Positions 13,201 to 24,354 of a stretch of 64,000 bases of DNA are shown one piece after another. The notes beneath the pieces are model-generated. The model ran no database searches. It was not told the DNA's origin and was given only the letters and a program-made list of their open reading frames with translations. The DNA is from Antedon mediterranea (taxonomy: Eukaryota > Animalia > Echinodermata): assembly GCF_964355755.1 (NCBI RefSeq), contig NC_092680.1, forward strand, positions 5,828,001 through 5,892,000, written 5' to 3'. How positions within the stretch are numbered: the first letter of the stretch is position 1; the number at the start of each line of letters is the position of its first letter. The position numbers and the translations under genes are program-made.

Positions 13201-14609
13201 CTATTTAGGGAAATTTTCCACTGAGTCAAATGAACAAGGGGAAATATTGTTTTAACACTACAGCCAACCCAATTCAGAACACATACCTATTTAAATAGGA
13301 AACTTTTTGAGTTCAAAAGGTGTCATCTCTCTTTTGTTGCTACTTGTTTTCTGGATGAATGTAGCTGCTGTTGTAATTCAGTACTAAGGGCAAGAGTCTT
13401 GTGATTTGCCATCCACTTTTTTAATAATAATAATAATGCGCTGCTCTCACAGCATTTATTAGGTCCAATAAAAACATATCATCGGAAATTCGTTTTTTGT
13501 ACACTATTTAAAAGAACAATAAATATATAGGAACATTATACACACTATACAAAATTGCACAAAAACGAGATACACAGCAAAACAGAACCAAATTATCTAG
13601 TAACGGTGTTGTTGAAAACTGTAATTGACTTAGGGATAAATGATTTGGAATAACGGGTTGTTCGCACACGGTGGGATTGAAGTCGGATTAATGATGTCAT
13701 TTATATAAAAATGTTTAACCAGATTTTATTTTGAGACTGAATTGACGGATTCTTATCCTTTTATTTTAAGATAAAGTCATCGAAAAGATTCTAGATGTTG
13801 CAATGAATTTATTTAGTAAGTTAGTGGAAATCTCAAAACCGTTTCATCTGACACTCATAAGTGTTTGCTTCACCAAATTAGAAGATCGTTCGAAGAAACC
13901 GTCAATAACTACATATTTTAAGAAATCTACAGACGGACCGGCTGCCAACCAGAAAATTGATATCTTAAAGACGCGATCAAAGAAACCTTCAATTGATACA
14001 TATTTCAAGAAGCCCATGCAGCAACATGATCCTGGCAAACATAGCAGAACATTTGAAATAAAAGACATTCAGAAGGTTAACAGTTTCTTTCAAAAAACTG
14101 AAGAAAACACAATGAAAAAGCAAAAGGTAAACCATAGCTCATCTGACAATTCTTCAAAAATCTCGGAGAACAGAAAACTGATTTCTGAACTCTTCTCTGG
14201 GCAGTCAATATCAAGTAAAGAACAAATTGTAGATAATTCTATACTTGACCTAGAATATAATTCCAAGAAAGCAATATTGGATGACAAAGAAATTAAATAT
14301 GTCGACACTAGCAAAACTTCAGAATGTCCATCATCTTCGAAATTTGAAAATAAAGATCAAGTCCAACATACTGCACGGCCAACAAAGATGGAAGATGAAA
14401 CAAACAATTCTCTTGACCTCGAATCAACACCTTCTGATTTCAATAATGATTTACCACCAAATGTTGATGTATCAGTTTTCAGCCAGTTACCCACTTCTGT
14501 ACAGAAAGAACTAATTGAGAACTGGAAACGAGAAAAGACAAAATTGCAAGTGAAACCAAGATCAAAGGAAGTAAAGAAAAGCATAAAGGAGTTCTTTACT
14601 ACAAAATAG
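10270..14609 (+). CDS. POLI: DNA polymerase iota (Y-family translesion polymerase)
   Basis: 9 exons: 10270-10447, 10682-10783, 11123-11287, 11694-11834, 12030-12272, 12356-12534, 12841-12932, 13020-13150, 13771-14609. Motifs IIHIDMDCFYAQVEM, KPLGIQQKNIVVTCNY, GEDLTKYREMSYKV, VERLGFDENFID, NKLLSKLVAGTHKPNQQT, and C-terminal UBM LPPNVDVSVFSQLPTSVQKEL. Confidence 0.95.
10856..11097. mobile_element. Kolobok-like MITE (TTAA target), copy 1
   Basis: ttaa|agatgtattgtccccc ... gggggacaatttatct|ttaa; a related copy lies at 58823-59182. Confidence 0.7.
13480..13740 (-). mobile_element. LINE (L2/Crack-like) 3' fragment in a POLI intron
   Basis: Minus frame reads LIRLQSHRVRTTRYSKSFIPKSITVFNN, typical of a LINE ORF2 C-terminus. 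Confidence 0.5.
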
Positions 14610-14771
14610 ACACATTATTTACATTTACTCACAAACAAATGTATCTTTTGTTTCATTTTAATGGAAATAGATGAATGTATAAACTTTTAAATAATAATTT
14701 GAATTATACGTAAATTATAATTGAATGTAATTATTCTTTATGAAACATCACCATAAATGGTTCTACTGATT

Positions 14772-14930
14772 GGTTCCACTATTGCAGCGTAGTTTCCTCT
14801 ACTGCAGCGTGGTTTCCTCTACTGCAGCATAGTTTCCTCTACTGCAGCATAGTTTCCTCTACTGCAGCATAGTTTCCTCTACTGCAGCATAGTTTCCTCT
14901 ACTGCAGCATGGTTTCCACTACTCCAGCAT
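14772..14930. repeat. 20-bp minisatellite, about 7-8 copies
   Basis: (actgcagcatagtttcctct)n between the converging 3' ends of POLI and ANAPC11. Confidence 0.9.
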
Positions 14931-15456
14931 ACAGTAGTTGCTAGTGATGCATCTGGTTCTGTAGCTTTGAAAGTGTCCATTTCATCATGAGTATGTTGTC
15001 CAGAGTCCCAACAAGTTTAGCAGTATCCAGGCACCCATTGACTCACATAGAATGTATCAGTGTATACTAATACTGTACACGTACTAACCCACCATGATTA
15101 GGAGCAGTTTGTAGTATCCAACAATTTTGTTTTGTTCCCGTTACCACAATCTCCCCCTTGTAAAATTACATTCTTCAACGTACCTACTAGGATTTCTTAC
15201 TACAGTACTCTACCTGACCTAACCTCGTGTTCCAACACCTGCCCTCAACGCCCACTCTTGTTCCCGTTACCACACAGTTCCCGCTCAAATTATCAATGCA
15301 ATGTTTTTCTACTGTTTTCAGTCAATATGAAACAATTCCAGGATTTCACATTAGAATGTATCAGTGTTCATTACATTATGTACAGCTTTTCCTATTCATT
15401 TACTGTAATTATGGCAGCAGTTCTATTTTAACAGTTCAAAGTTCAAGTTTCACTGT

Positions 15457-18400
15457 TCATTCTTTAAACTTCCATTCCTGGCGACACATTGGACATTGTT
15501 GATGTACTTGCTGGGATTGTAGCCACTTTAAAATACAGTGCATATGAAATACATGCGAACACTGTCCCCAAACTGAAATAAACAAAAATTGTTATAACAA
15601 AATTATTAATATACAGTGTGTATAAATACAGTAGATATCCAACTTTTGGAAACTTTTTTGGCAAAATATATTTTACAGTTCACTTTTGCTAACTCCCATC
15701 AATGGGACATTCCTATTAAGGTGACAATTTGTTCAGTCCCTTGTTATATAAGTTCCCTGTATTACCATCATTTTAATGCATTGTTGGTATGCATGCTTTG
15801 TTTTTTTCTCTATATTATAGAGGACCAACTTTGGTAAGAGAGTTTGGAATATCATGACAGTAGAACTCCTCCTGGGGAAACACAACTACACAAACAAATA
15901 TATAACTAACTGCACCTTTATTGGCCAAACTAAAAATAACATGTAATGCAGACACAAGTATACATAACAATTATTATATAATTGTGTGAATAAATAACAC
16001 AGTGATATGTATTAGATGGTTCTAATTTAAAGAAGAGAAGTTGGTTCAACATTTGTCAGTACATTCAAACACATTATATATTTGTACATAGTTTAAATAA
16101 CGGTAAATAAATAAAAAGTGTTTAGAAAAATAAGTGCTGATCTTTCTTTTTGATATACAGTAATAAGTAACCATTATTTGGATCATAATTCTATAAAAAA
16201 AGATGGAAGAAATTTACTTTTACAAAACCAGGAGTTATCACTTACAAGTAAAGTATTAATATTATATTTGATATCGCAGAAATATGATAACTCTTAATCG
16301 CAAAGTTTGCCTTATGCAATATAAAAAGCACCATTTGAAGTTTTGAAGATTTTCCACTCACACGAAAATTTAAAAAACTAAAAACTATTTGTAATGTATA
16401 AATATATGTATAAACAAATTAAGAAATTTACCAATAAATATTACTTTCATTCAATGACACGACACAGAAGACTCATTAGTTAGCAATACAGTACAGATTA
16501 TTGTAAATACTCATTAAAAACAGTATAAAAATGTGTGATATCATAATAAAAGCACCTATATTCACAACGATTGCAAAACTGTAAAATAATAGCATGTGAT
16601 TCTAAATTTGTGCATTTTACAATTAATATATATTTTTTTTAATTAAATAGTAACAATTTAAAGTACAGTAACTGATTTAAGATTTAAGCCATGATTGAAT
16701 CATGGCTAATTGCCTCTGGTTATTTGGAATCAGTTTTATACTATGTTTAAACATGATGAGTGCATTCACTGTGTGAACTTGCCATTGTTTCTGGCTTTCA
16801 CACCAGTTCCCACCCTTTCCACTTATATTCCAAGTTTCCTGGACTTTCTGCATTCTCACTCCTGAGGACTATCAAAGCATATTGAACGAAACGTTGAGAA
16901 ACTCAACAGTTCTTTTTAGAACTAATACACGTGGTGTACCGCAAACTTTATATGTTTCATACTGTAGAGGGCTATAATATAACCTTTGAAACATAGTGAA
17001 CTAAATTATGCTGAATAAACGCATTTTGATTTTAGAACTTTGGTGAGCACATTTAATAGGTATTCTTTTTCAACATTCACTATATATTCAAACTAGAAAA
17101 ACTGTAAAAACATGAATAGCACACATTCAGTAAAAAGCCAATTCTTGAATCAGCATACAATTTCACACAATGATTTAGCGGCGGCAATGAGCGCATACTG
17201 GCTAAACCTAGGGGGCCCAGAACTCGAGAGCATAAGCAGCCCTAAAGCGTGGTTCTCACCAGCGACGCAACACAAGGACGTAATACAACGCAAGTGAATT
17301 GACCAATCACAAGCGATGGCTTATTCGCTTGTAATTGCTGTCTATAACTTCGCTTGTCATTGGTTGAAACGCTTGCGTTGCGTTTACGTCCTTGCGCTAC
17401 GTTCTAGTGGGAACCAAGCTTTAAGCTCCTTAGAAATAATAAACCCTTTGCCCTGTATGTTATGCCACTGAAATTGAGTTACATAATACCAACTTATACA
17501 AATTTGGGAATGTATTCAACGCAAAACTGAGTATCATAGCAACACAGGCATGCCAGACGGTGTACTGACAACATACCGAACCATTTACAGATTAAGAAGA
17601 ATACATCACTGATCACAAAATTACTATATAAAAACTGAATTAGTAAACAATCTATATATTGGTGTTGAAAATTCAACGCAAGTCTTTAGAGCAGTGAGAA
17701 ATAACGGCAGATTCAACTTTAAGAAAGGAGTCATATTGTTCATTTCCAATATGATCCAAATAACGCCTGACAGTTGCAAGAGCAATCAAAGCTTCTGTTG
17801 AAGTTGGAACGTCTGAGGGTTCGATTCTTCTTTGCTTTCTCCTCTGTGGAGGCCTTTGTGCCCTTGGCTCAACAAAGTCATTGTTTACATTTTGTGCTGG
17901 GGTGCTTGAAACACAAACATAGTCACCCTGGCCAGTTGATGTACCTGGTTGAAACTCTGAAGAAGACCCTTTCAACTGATAAGCAGACTTTTTGGAAACT
18001 TGTTTTCTCTTTGATAAATTACTGTTACCATAGTAGTCATTGAGTCCATCAGAGGCATCACTTTCTAAAATATCTTCACCAGAAGCAGGTTCAAAATGGA
18101 CACCATCATAATCTGTAAATTGGCGAGGTATGATTTGCCTTTTGCTCCTTCTAAATTGTTGGATTTCTCTGCTAGACTCTCCGTCTGAGTTGGCAACAAG
18201 ATCAACAAACTCATCATCTTCATCATGCAAGGGACCATCTACCGGTATTGAAGGATCATTATTTGTATTGTTCATTTCATCTTCACCAATCACAACTGGA
18301 GCAATGTTGTCATCTATGGAAACATAGCTAGAAAACTCATCAATTGTCATTCCTTCTGGAGGTGGATCATCTTCATTGGTTGTCCACATATTGTCTTCTG

Positions 18401-21279
18401 CACTATTCTTTAAGCCAGCTTTGGCAAAAGCTTCCTGAATAATCTGTTGATTTACATTCTTCCAGGCATTATGAATCATATGTGCAGAATCTAGAAGATC
18501 AACATCATATGCAATAGCTTGACTAATAGCTTTTGAAAATATATCCCCTTCACTCTTAGCAGACAGTAAGATCCTTTCTACAATTTGCCTCCTATAGCAT
18601 TTCTTAAACAGAGATGTGATTCCATGATCAAGCGGCTGTACAACATTCTTTGATTGTGGAAGTATTACCAAATTAATATTCGTCAGTGAAACATTGACAG
18701 AAGATGCAGCAGTGAGCTGAACAATCAACGCAACTTTTCTATTCTCTTTTGATAATGCTTCATCAAATCTCTGCACCCATTCGGTAAAGATACCAGGAGA
18801 CATACATGTGTCTTCGCTACTAACATAAGTAACTGGTATATTATTAATACCTTTAAAACAATCACGTGACCCTTCATCCTGTCCAATAACCCACACTTCT
18901 GATTTGTCAGATCCAGTCATATTAGTTGCCATAACAACTGATATAATATCCCATGGGTTCTTTTCAGTCATTGTGGCTTCATACTTGAAGCCAGAAAGTT
19001 TCTGTGGTAAGGCACGATAGTACAGTGCTACTGTGCCAATGTTATAAATATCATTCGTGTCATATTTTAATAACAATGATCGCATTGTGGCTGTATGTTT
19101 AGCAGTGGAAGTGTCTTTTGTTGTGGAATTGGAATACATTCCTTGTGCTAGATCTTGATAATGTGTTATTGGAGAGATGTTGGTATTTGTATCATTCATT
19201 AATGACTGATTGGATTGGTGACTTGAAGCATCAGCATTGTTATACTCTAGTGTGTCGTCCAATGGCATTTTCATTAGGTTAACTTTATTAACTGTTGCCC
19301 AATTCTGTAACCAAAACCGAGAAGGTTTAAAATCAAGCCTGCCAATGTTTTTCGCGATTACACAAGCTTGTTTCATCAACGTATCTCTAGAAGGAGGCTT
19401 TTTCTCACATGATGTGTCGTTTATCCAAGCAAGAAGAGCTTCTTCGACATCCTGGTACCTCCTGCGTCGGATTTTCTTCTGGTCAGGATTTTTGTTATTT
19501 TTCCATGCTGCTAATAATGTCTTTTTCTGTTTTGCAATGCGAAAAATTTGTAACTTAGAAATTCCAAATAGATCTGCGATTTCTTTGGCTGAACGATTGT
19601 GCTCCAATGCTTCAATAATCTCAAGCTTCTGCTTAACTGTCAAAATCTTTCTTCTTTTAACAACCACCAATCCTTGGAAATGGCTCTTTTTTCTAGTTGC
19701 CATCACTATATAACTTCTTTATTGGTTCTTTCTCGTCATTCTACAGAACTGTAAAGACAAAATGTGAATTAACTTGTACTTGCACAGCAAATAACTTCCA
19801 TAAGATTAAGATCAATCTTCCATAAAGTTTTTTTCATTTCAAATCAGCTTGATGGTTCTTTAGTTTTACGTCTATACATGCGAGATCTATGAAGTTACTG
19901 TGTACCTGTATCAATGTATTGTATTTCTTTGAGACACCTTTTAGTTAGTGAATGAATGAATTGACAAGAACTGAGATTGAAATTCTGTATGTAATAATTT
20001 AAATAAAAAATCCAACCAAACAACATAATTCATCTAATTACTTTCACAAATTGTAGAACTTTTTACCTAATAATCAAGTCAAGTCAATTTCCTTTGGATT
20101 TCTGTTGTAAAATTTACTAATTTCACAGTTAGTAGTACAGACTCAATCGAGAGAATGACATTGATGTTGCACAATCAAAGTTCTACCAATGATCTGGGCT
20201 TAAACATTTATAGCACAATGAAGGTTTCAAGTTCATGGTTAGTCCATGGTGTTTTTGATTACCTACTATAGTTAGGATAAAGACATGCTTAGTGTATTCT
20301 AAAAAAATGTCCTCATTGCCGTGCACTATTTTAATGGTAGTCATCACCCCACTCTTACAATGGTAGAGTCCATTATTGGTTATTGTCCCAGGTGGTTAAT
20401 GTCCTTGAAGTTTACTTTTTCCCTTCCTACTCCTGCGTTCCATAACGCTTCCTATAATTCAGAATATACCTACCTAGGGGACAATCATCTCCTGGCATCT
20501 TACAGTCCGGACAGCATCCATCAAATGGCATTCGACAGATACCACAGTTGTCATCGTTTGCCACCCATCGCCATGTTGCAACTCCTGTCCAACTGACATA
20601 AAAAAATAAATTTTGATAACATAAATTTATATACAAATATTTTTTTAATGCAATCATAGAGATATTATAGATTTCTATGGTGCAAATACATATGCCTACC
20701 AGATAAATCAATACAAAACTGACTTTTCTGATTGACAGTTCAAAAACTCATTTGTATCTATTCAACTCTCTGAATCATGAATGAATGCCATTCTCATCCT
20801 CAAATTACTGCTATAATTTTATCAAATCAACATATTTATTTCTAATATTTTTAAATTGAAAATTATAAATAAAATGTTATTTTAAATTTATAAAATAATT
20901 ATTTAAAATAGACTTACCCTTTAATTAGAGTAAACATCAGAAAACAAAACACAAGTTCAAAGTTGGGAGACATATGAAAGAGAAAAAACAACTCATTAAC
21001 CTCAAATAGGCCTAGTCATAATAAATACTACAGTATACGGCTAGGCCTCTATTAGCATAGAACACTGGACTCACAAGTGCCCCTCCGCTCCGCTCCGCCA
21101 GTGAAAAGTGGTGAAGCAAAAACAATAAAATCACATTCATGAAAGTCTCTAGGCCTAGCTCAACTTTTTATGACTGCTTGTTGCATATCATTTCGATTGT
21201 TATACTAAGATTTATTGGATTCTATTGAACAAAGAATTTCTTAGCTAAGCATACACTAACTTTTTACAGTAACTTTCAT
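15457..21279 (-). CDS. ANAPC11: Anaphase-promoting complex subunit 11 (RING-H2), 84 aa
   Basis: Exons 21279-21261 (19 nt), 20918 (1 nt), 20592-20474 (119 nt) and 15572-15457 (116 nt) total 255 nt. Protein: [84 protein letters not shown]. Confidence 0.95.
17246..17420. mobile_element. MITE family B (agcgtggttcccactag...ctagtgggaaccaagct), TAA-flanked, Harbinger-like
   Basis: TIRs visible; near-identical copies at 62039-62217 and 62360-62540, and a variant at 24355-24492. Confidence 0.75.
17673..19703 (-). CDS. Tigger/pogo transposase-derived protein (CENP-B/TIGD-like), intronless, nested in the last ANAPC11 intron
   Basis: 676-aa intact ORF. It has an HTH_psq/CENP-B N-terminus ([13 protein letters not shown]...[15 protein letters not shown]), a second HTH ([12 protein letters not shown]...[11 protein letters not shown]), a DDE_1-like domain ([25 protein letters not shown]...FAKAG) and C-terminal [17 protein letters not shown]. 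No TIRs seen. Confidence 0.9.
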   Translation of the reverse strand: MATRKKSHFQGLVVVKRRKILTVKQKLEIIEALEHNRSAKEIADLFGISKLQIFRIAKQKKTLLAAWKNNKNPDQKKIRRRRYQDVEEALLAWINDTSCEKKPPSRDTLMKQACVIAKNIGRLDFKPSRFWLQNWATVNKVNLMKMPLDDTLEYNNADASSHQSNQSLMNDTNTNISPITHYQDLAQGMYSNSTTKDTSTAKHTATMRSLLLKYDTNDIYNIGTVALYYRALPQKLSGFKYEATMTEKNPWDIISVVMATNMTGSDKSEVWVIGQDEGSRDCFKGINNIPVTYVSSEDTCMSPGIFTEWVQRFDEALSKENRKVALIVQLTAASSVNVSLTNINLVILPQSKNVVQPLDHGITSLFKKCYRRQIVERILLSAKSEGDIFSKAISQAIAYDVDLLDSAHMIHNAWKNVNQQIIQEAFAKAGLKNSAEDNMWTTNEDDPPPEGMTIDEFSSYVSIDDNIAPVVIGEDEMNNTNNDPSIPVDGPLHDEDDEFVDLVANSDGESSREIQQFRRSKRQIIPRQFTDYDGVHFEPASGEDILESDASDGLNDYYGNSNLSKRKQVSKKSAYQLKGSSSEFQPGTSTGQGDYVCVSSTPAQNVNNDFVEPRAQRPPQRRKQRRIEPSDVPTSTEALIALATVRRYLDHIGNEQYDSFLKVESAVISHCSKDLR
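20918..20918 (-). CDS. ANAPC11: Predicted single-nucleotide microexon (G) of ANAPC11
   Basis: Minus-strand context ttgtgttttgttttctgatgtttactctaattaaAG|G|GTAAGT. It supplies the one base needed to join phase-1 exon 1 to the phase-2 next exon (A+G+T = Ser7). Confidence 0.8.
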
Positions 21280-21499
21280 TCCCAAGAAGTGTACAAAATA
21301 ACACAATTTCTACAAGAAAATCTTGAAAATGAACACTTCACGCACAGGAGGAGAGTGCCTAAAACCAAAGAACTTATAACACAAGAATCTCCTGTTCTTC
21401 AATTTGCATTCAAAACACAGTATCGGAAGTACAGGGTTAAAAGGTCAAACTGGGCGACGCCATTTCACAGCATGGAGCAGCGCCCCCTCCAAACTAGGA

Positions 21500-21669
21500 A
21501 GTCAATTACTCTACCCCCTAGAGAGTATTAGCAGAACCCCTCTATGATTTTGACTTTCTAATTTGATGCGGGCGCCCTACTCCTCAGTCAATTACTCTAT
21601 CCCCCCTAGAGCATTAGCAGATCCCCTCTATGATTTTGACTTTCTAATTTGATGCGGGCGCCCTACTCC
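21500..21669. repeat. ~85-bp tandem duplication in the ANAPC11/TAF1C intergenic promoter
   Basis: Two copies of agtcaattactcta...gatgcgggcgccctactcc (21500-21585, 21586-21669). Confidence 0.9.
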
Positions 21670-22454
21670 ATGGCTCACAATGGCTCCACCCATAGCTTTA
21701 TTCTATCCCACAATGCCTTTCGAAATTGTTACGCGCTTCGGACGAACAGGAGATTCTTGTGTTATAAGTTCTTTGCTAAAACAGTGGAAATGCCTAAAAA
21801 GGAAAATGTACCGGTTCAGTAAAATATTTTTTTTAATGGTGTACAAACGAGCGATCAATTAAATATCATTCCACATATTATTGAATGCTCAATTTTGATC
21901 ATTGTATTTGCCTTTTCTCACCAAAATTATATATAATAATTTTTTTGTTAACAAAACAAATTAGGAAAACAATGTAATTACTTTTAAAATTAATTGTATG
22001 TATTTTAATTATTATATTAACAATTTGAATATATTTCTATTTTAAATAAATTTGAATTTGTGGAAAAGCCTACAAGAAAATGTCAGCCTCCTGCTGCTCG
22101 CGGTGTTCGTGATGGCGCGTGTATGTAAACAACAACTTTTGTAAACATTTCTCAAGAGACTGGTATAAAACAAGTTCATTTATTGTGAATAATGATAATT
22201 TCTAGTAGGAAATGCTAATGCTATCGAATATATATTATTATTACTCTATTTAAAATTCCTAGCCTAGGCCTAGGCCTAGGCTAGCCTAGTAGGCCTAAAA
22301 CTAGCCTAGCCTAGCCCTAGCTAGCTAGGCTCTCTAGCCTACCTAGTAGGCCCAACATTAACAATCAAATAAATAGAATAGCATGCATGATCCGATTGCG
22401 AGGCATAATTTAATTGGGCCAGCAGGGTGATCAGGGCCAGGGTAGGCTAGCCGG

Positions 22455-24187
22455 TTTACGATGAAATCGGTCGCGTCTGAAATCGGTCGCGCTTGAAATC
22501 GGTCGCGATAAAATCAACTTCCGGTATTTTGTATGGCGCGCCGCTAGAGCTATACTTTTGATGAAATCGGTCGCGCTATTTTGTATGGATCGAGCGGGAT
22601 GCATGCTAGAGCGGGATAAACATTTTTCGTTTATATAAATTTAATTGATATTTTTTAGGAACTAGATTATTTATGTGGATATTTTTTACTTGGCTAATAA
22701 ATATTTATTATCAATCATTAGGCCTAAATTAATTTTTTTTTTTGTATTTCACAGGTCTCGGAGAAGGACTGTGTCTGTTCTAAATGGCCATTTCTAAACA
22801 CTTTTAAATATTATATTAGGCATAATGTTATATTAGGCATATAATAATTTACCTCTATTTATATGTACTGTAATTAATATATTATTATATAGAGAATATA
22901 CGTCTGCCGTGTCTTTTATTATGCAAACAATTACGTAAAAGAGAACAATTTATTTAAAAACAATAATTTTTACAATATAGCCCGTAAAGCCAGCGTATCC
23001 ATTTTTATACTTATGCATACTGTGGCAGATTATATCATATCCATGTCGTTAACAACATACTATTTTTATTTCTATCCGTTATGTAAGATAATATTAAGTG
23101 TATAATGATTATTGTTGAGGCAAATCACGTGTATATTTTTATTTCTAATGTTTAAAATAGTTTTTAGTAAAATGATCATTATATGCGGATGGTTAAAAGG
23201 CGAGTAACTGAAATAACCCTCCACATAAGCCATATCGGAGATGCGCTTTCTATGATCGTGCAGCTGTTTCCTCTAACAATACGTTATTTTGCTGACGGGG
23301 TTTCCCCTTTTTAAAAAACACGCACTTTGTTAGTGTGTCAACTCATGGACAAAACACGTACGATCGTTGTCCATGGCGAGGTAAAGATGACAGTTGACTG
23401 TATGATTTATATATAATGTACGTATATACGTCGGCGATACTATAGATTTTAATTTGAATATCGTTTATATCATTTATAATACAGTAATCATTTAATGTAA
23501 ATTTAAGTAAGTGCAACTCAGTGTCTCACATTCATACGCCGTTCGTAAATAAATGTTTAAATATCAGTGCAGATTACCTCTTTGAGAATCGTGTCCACCT
23601 TTATTATCCATACATTATTATTCTCACATCAATCATTGTACATCATAGTCCTACTGTAGGCCGGTAGATTGATTTATAACGGCATATTATTATATTTTAT
23701 TAATATCCTAAAACCATACGTAATTGTTTGCATAATAAAAGACACGACAGACATATATTCTCTATATAATATATTAATTACAGTACATATAAATAGAGGT
23801 AAATTATTATATGCCTTATATAATATTATGCCTAATATAATATTTAAACGTGTTTAGAAATGGCCATTTTGAACAGACACAGTCCTTCTCCGAGACCTGT
23901 GAAATTAAAAAAAAAATTAATTTAATGATTGACAATAAATATTTATTAACCAAATAAAAAATATCCACATAAATAATCTAGTTCCTAAAAAATATCAATT
24001 AAATATATATAAACGAAAAATGTATATCCGCTCTAGCATGCATCCCGCTCGATCCATACAAAATAGCGCGACCGATATAATCAAAAGTATAGCTCTAGCG
24101 GCGCGCCATACAAAATACCGGAAGTTGATTTTATCGCGACCGATTTCAAACGCGACCGATTTCAAGCGCGACCGATTTCATCTGACA
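22455..24187. mobile_element. Non-autonomous foldback DNA transposon with ~480-bp TIRs, Ginger1-like
   Basis: 22455-22937 is the near-perfect reverse complement of 23717-24187. The right end is ...ctgACA, CCGG flanks both sides, and gaaatcggtcgcg is repeated subterminally. Confidence 0.8.
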
Positions 24188-24354
24188 CCGGCTAGCCCCT
24201 AGGTCTACCTTATTTAGGGCTTTAATTAGGTGCGCTGGTCTTGTAAGTTGTAGTAGTGGATGAATTGGGCAAGCGTGCAATAAAAGCTAGGCCTAGCTGC
24301 TGTAACTATAAATCTAGAAAATTCACAACAACAACTGAACACAGTGAACAGCAC

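Noticed and set aside
14930-15290. Exon-like minus-strand segments with a 17-bp direct repeat (ttgttcccgttaccaca)
   Set aside because: No consistent frame or motif; probably ANAPC11 3' UTR or a repeat remnant.
16677-16870. Additional alternative ANAPC11 terminal exon (60-aa minus-strand ORF after acceptor-like AGs)
   Set aside because: No recognisable protein similarity; could simply be 3' UTR or intron sequence. Needs transcript data.
19237-19713. 158-aa plus-strand ORF
   Set aside because: Antisense shadow of the Tigger-derived ORF with no recognisable motifs.
20911-20925. Zero-length recursive splice site
   Set aside because: Recursive sites are AG|GT. Here one G separates AG and GT, and a zero-length site would not restore the frame.
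21261-21265. ANAPC11 frameshift explained as a pseudogene or homopolymer assembly error
   Set aside because: Not excluded without reads, but disfavoured: all RING residues are intact, and a perfect AG|G|GTAAGT with a pyrimidine tract supplies exactly the missing base.
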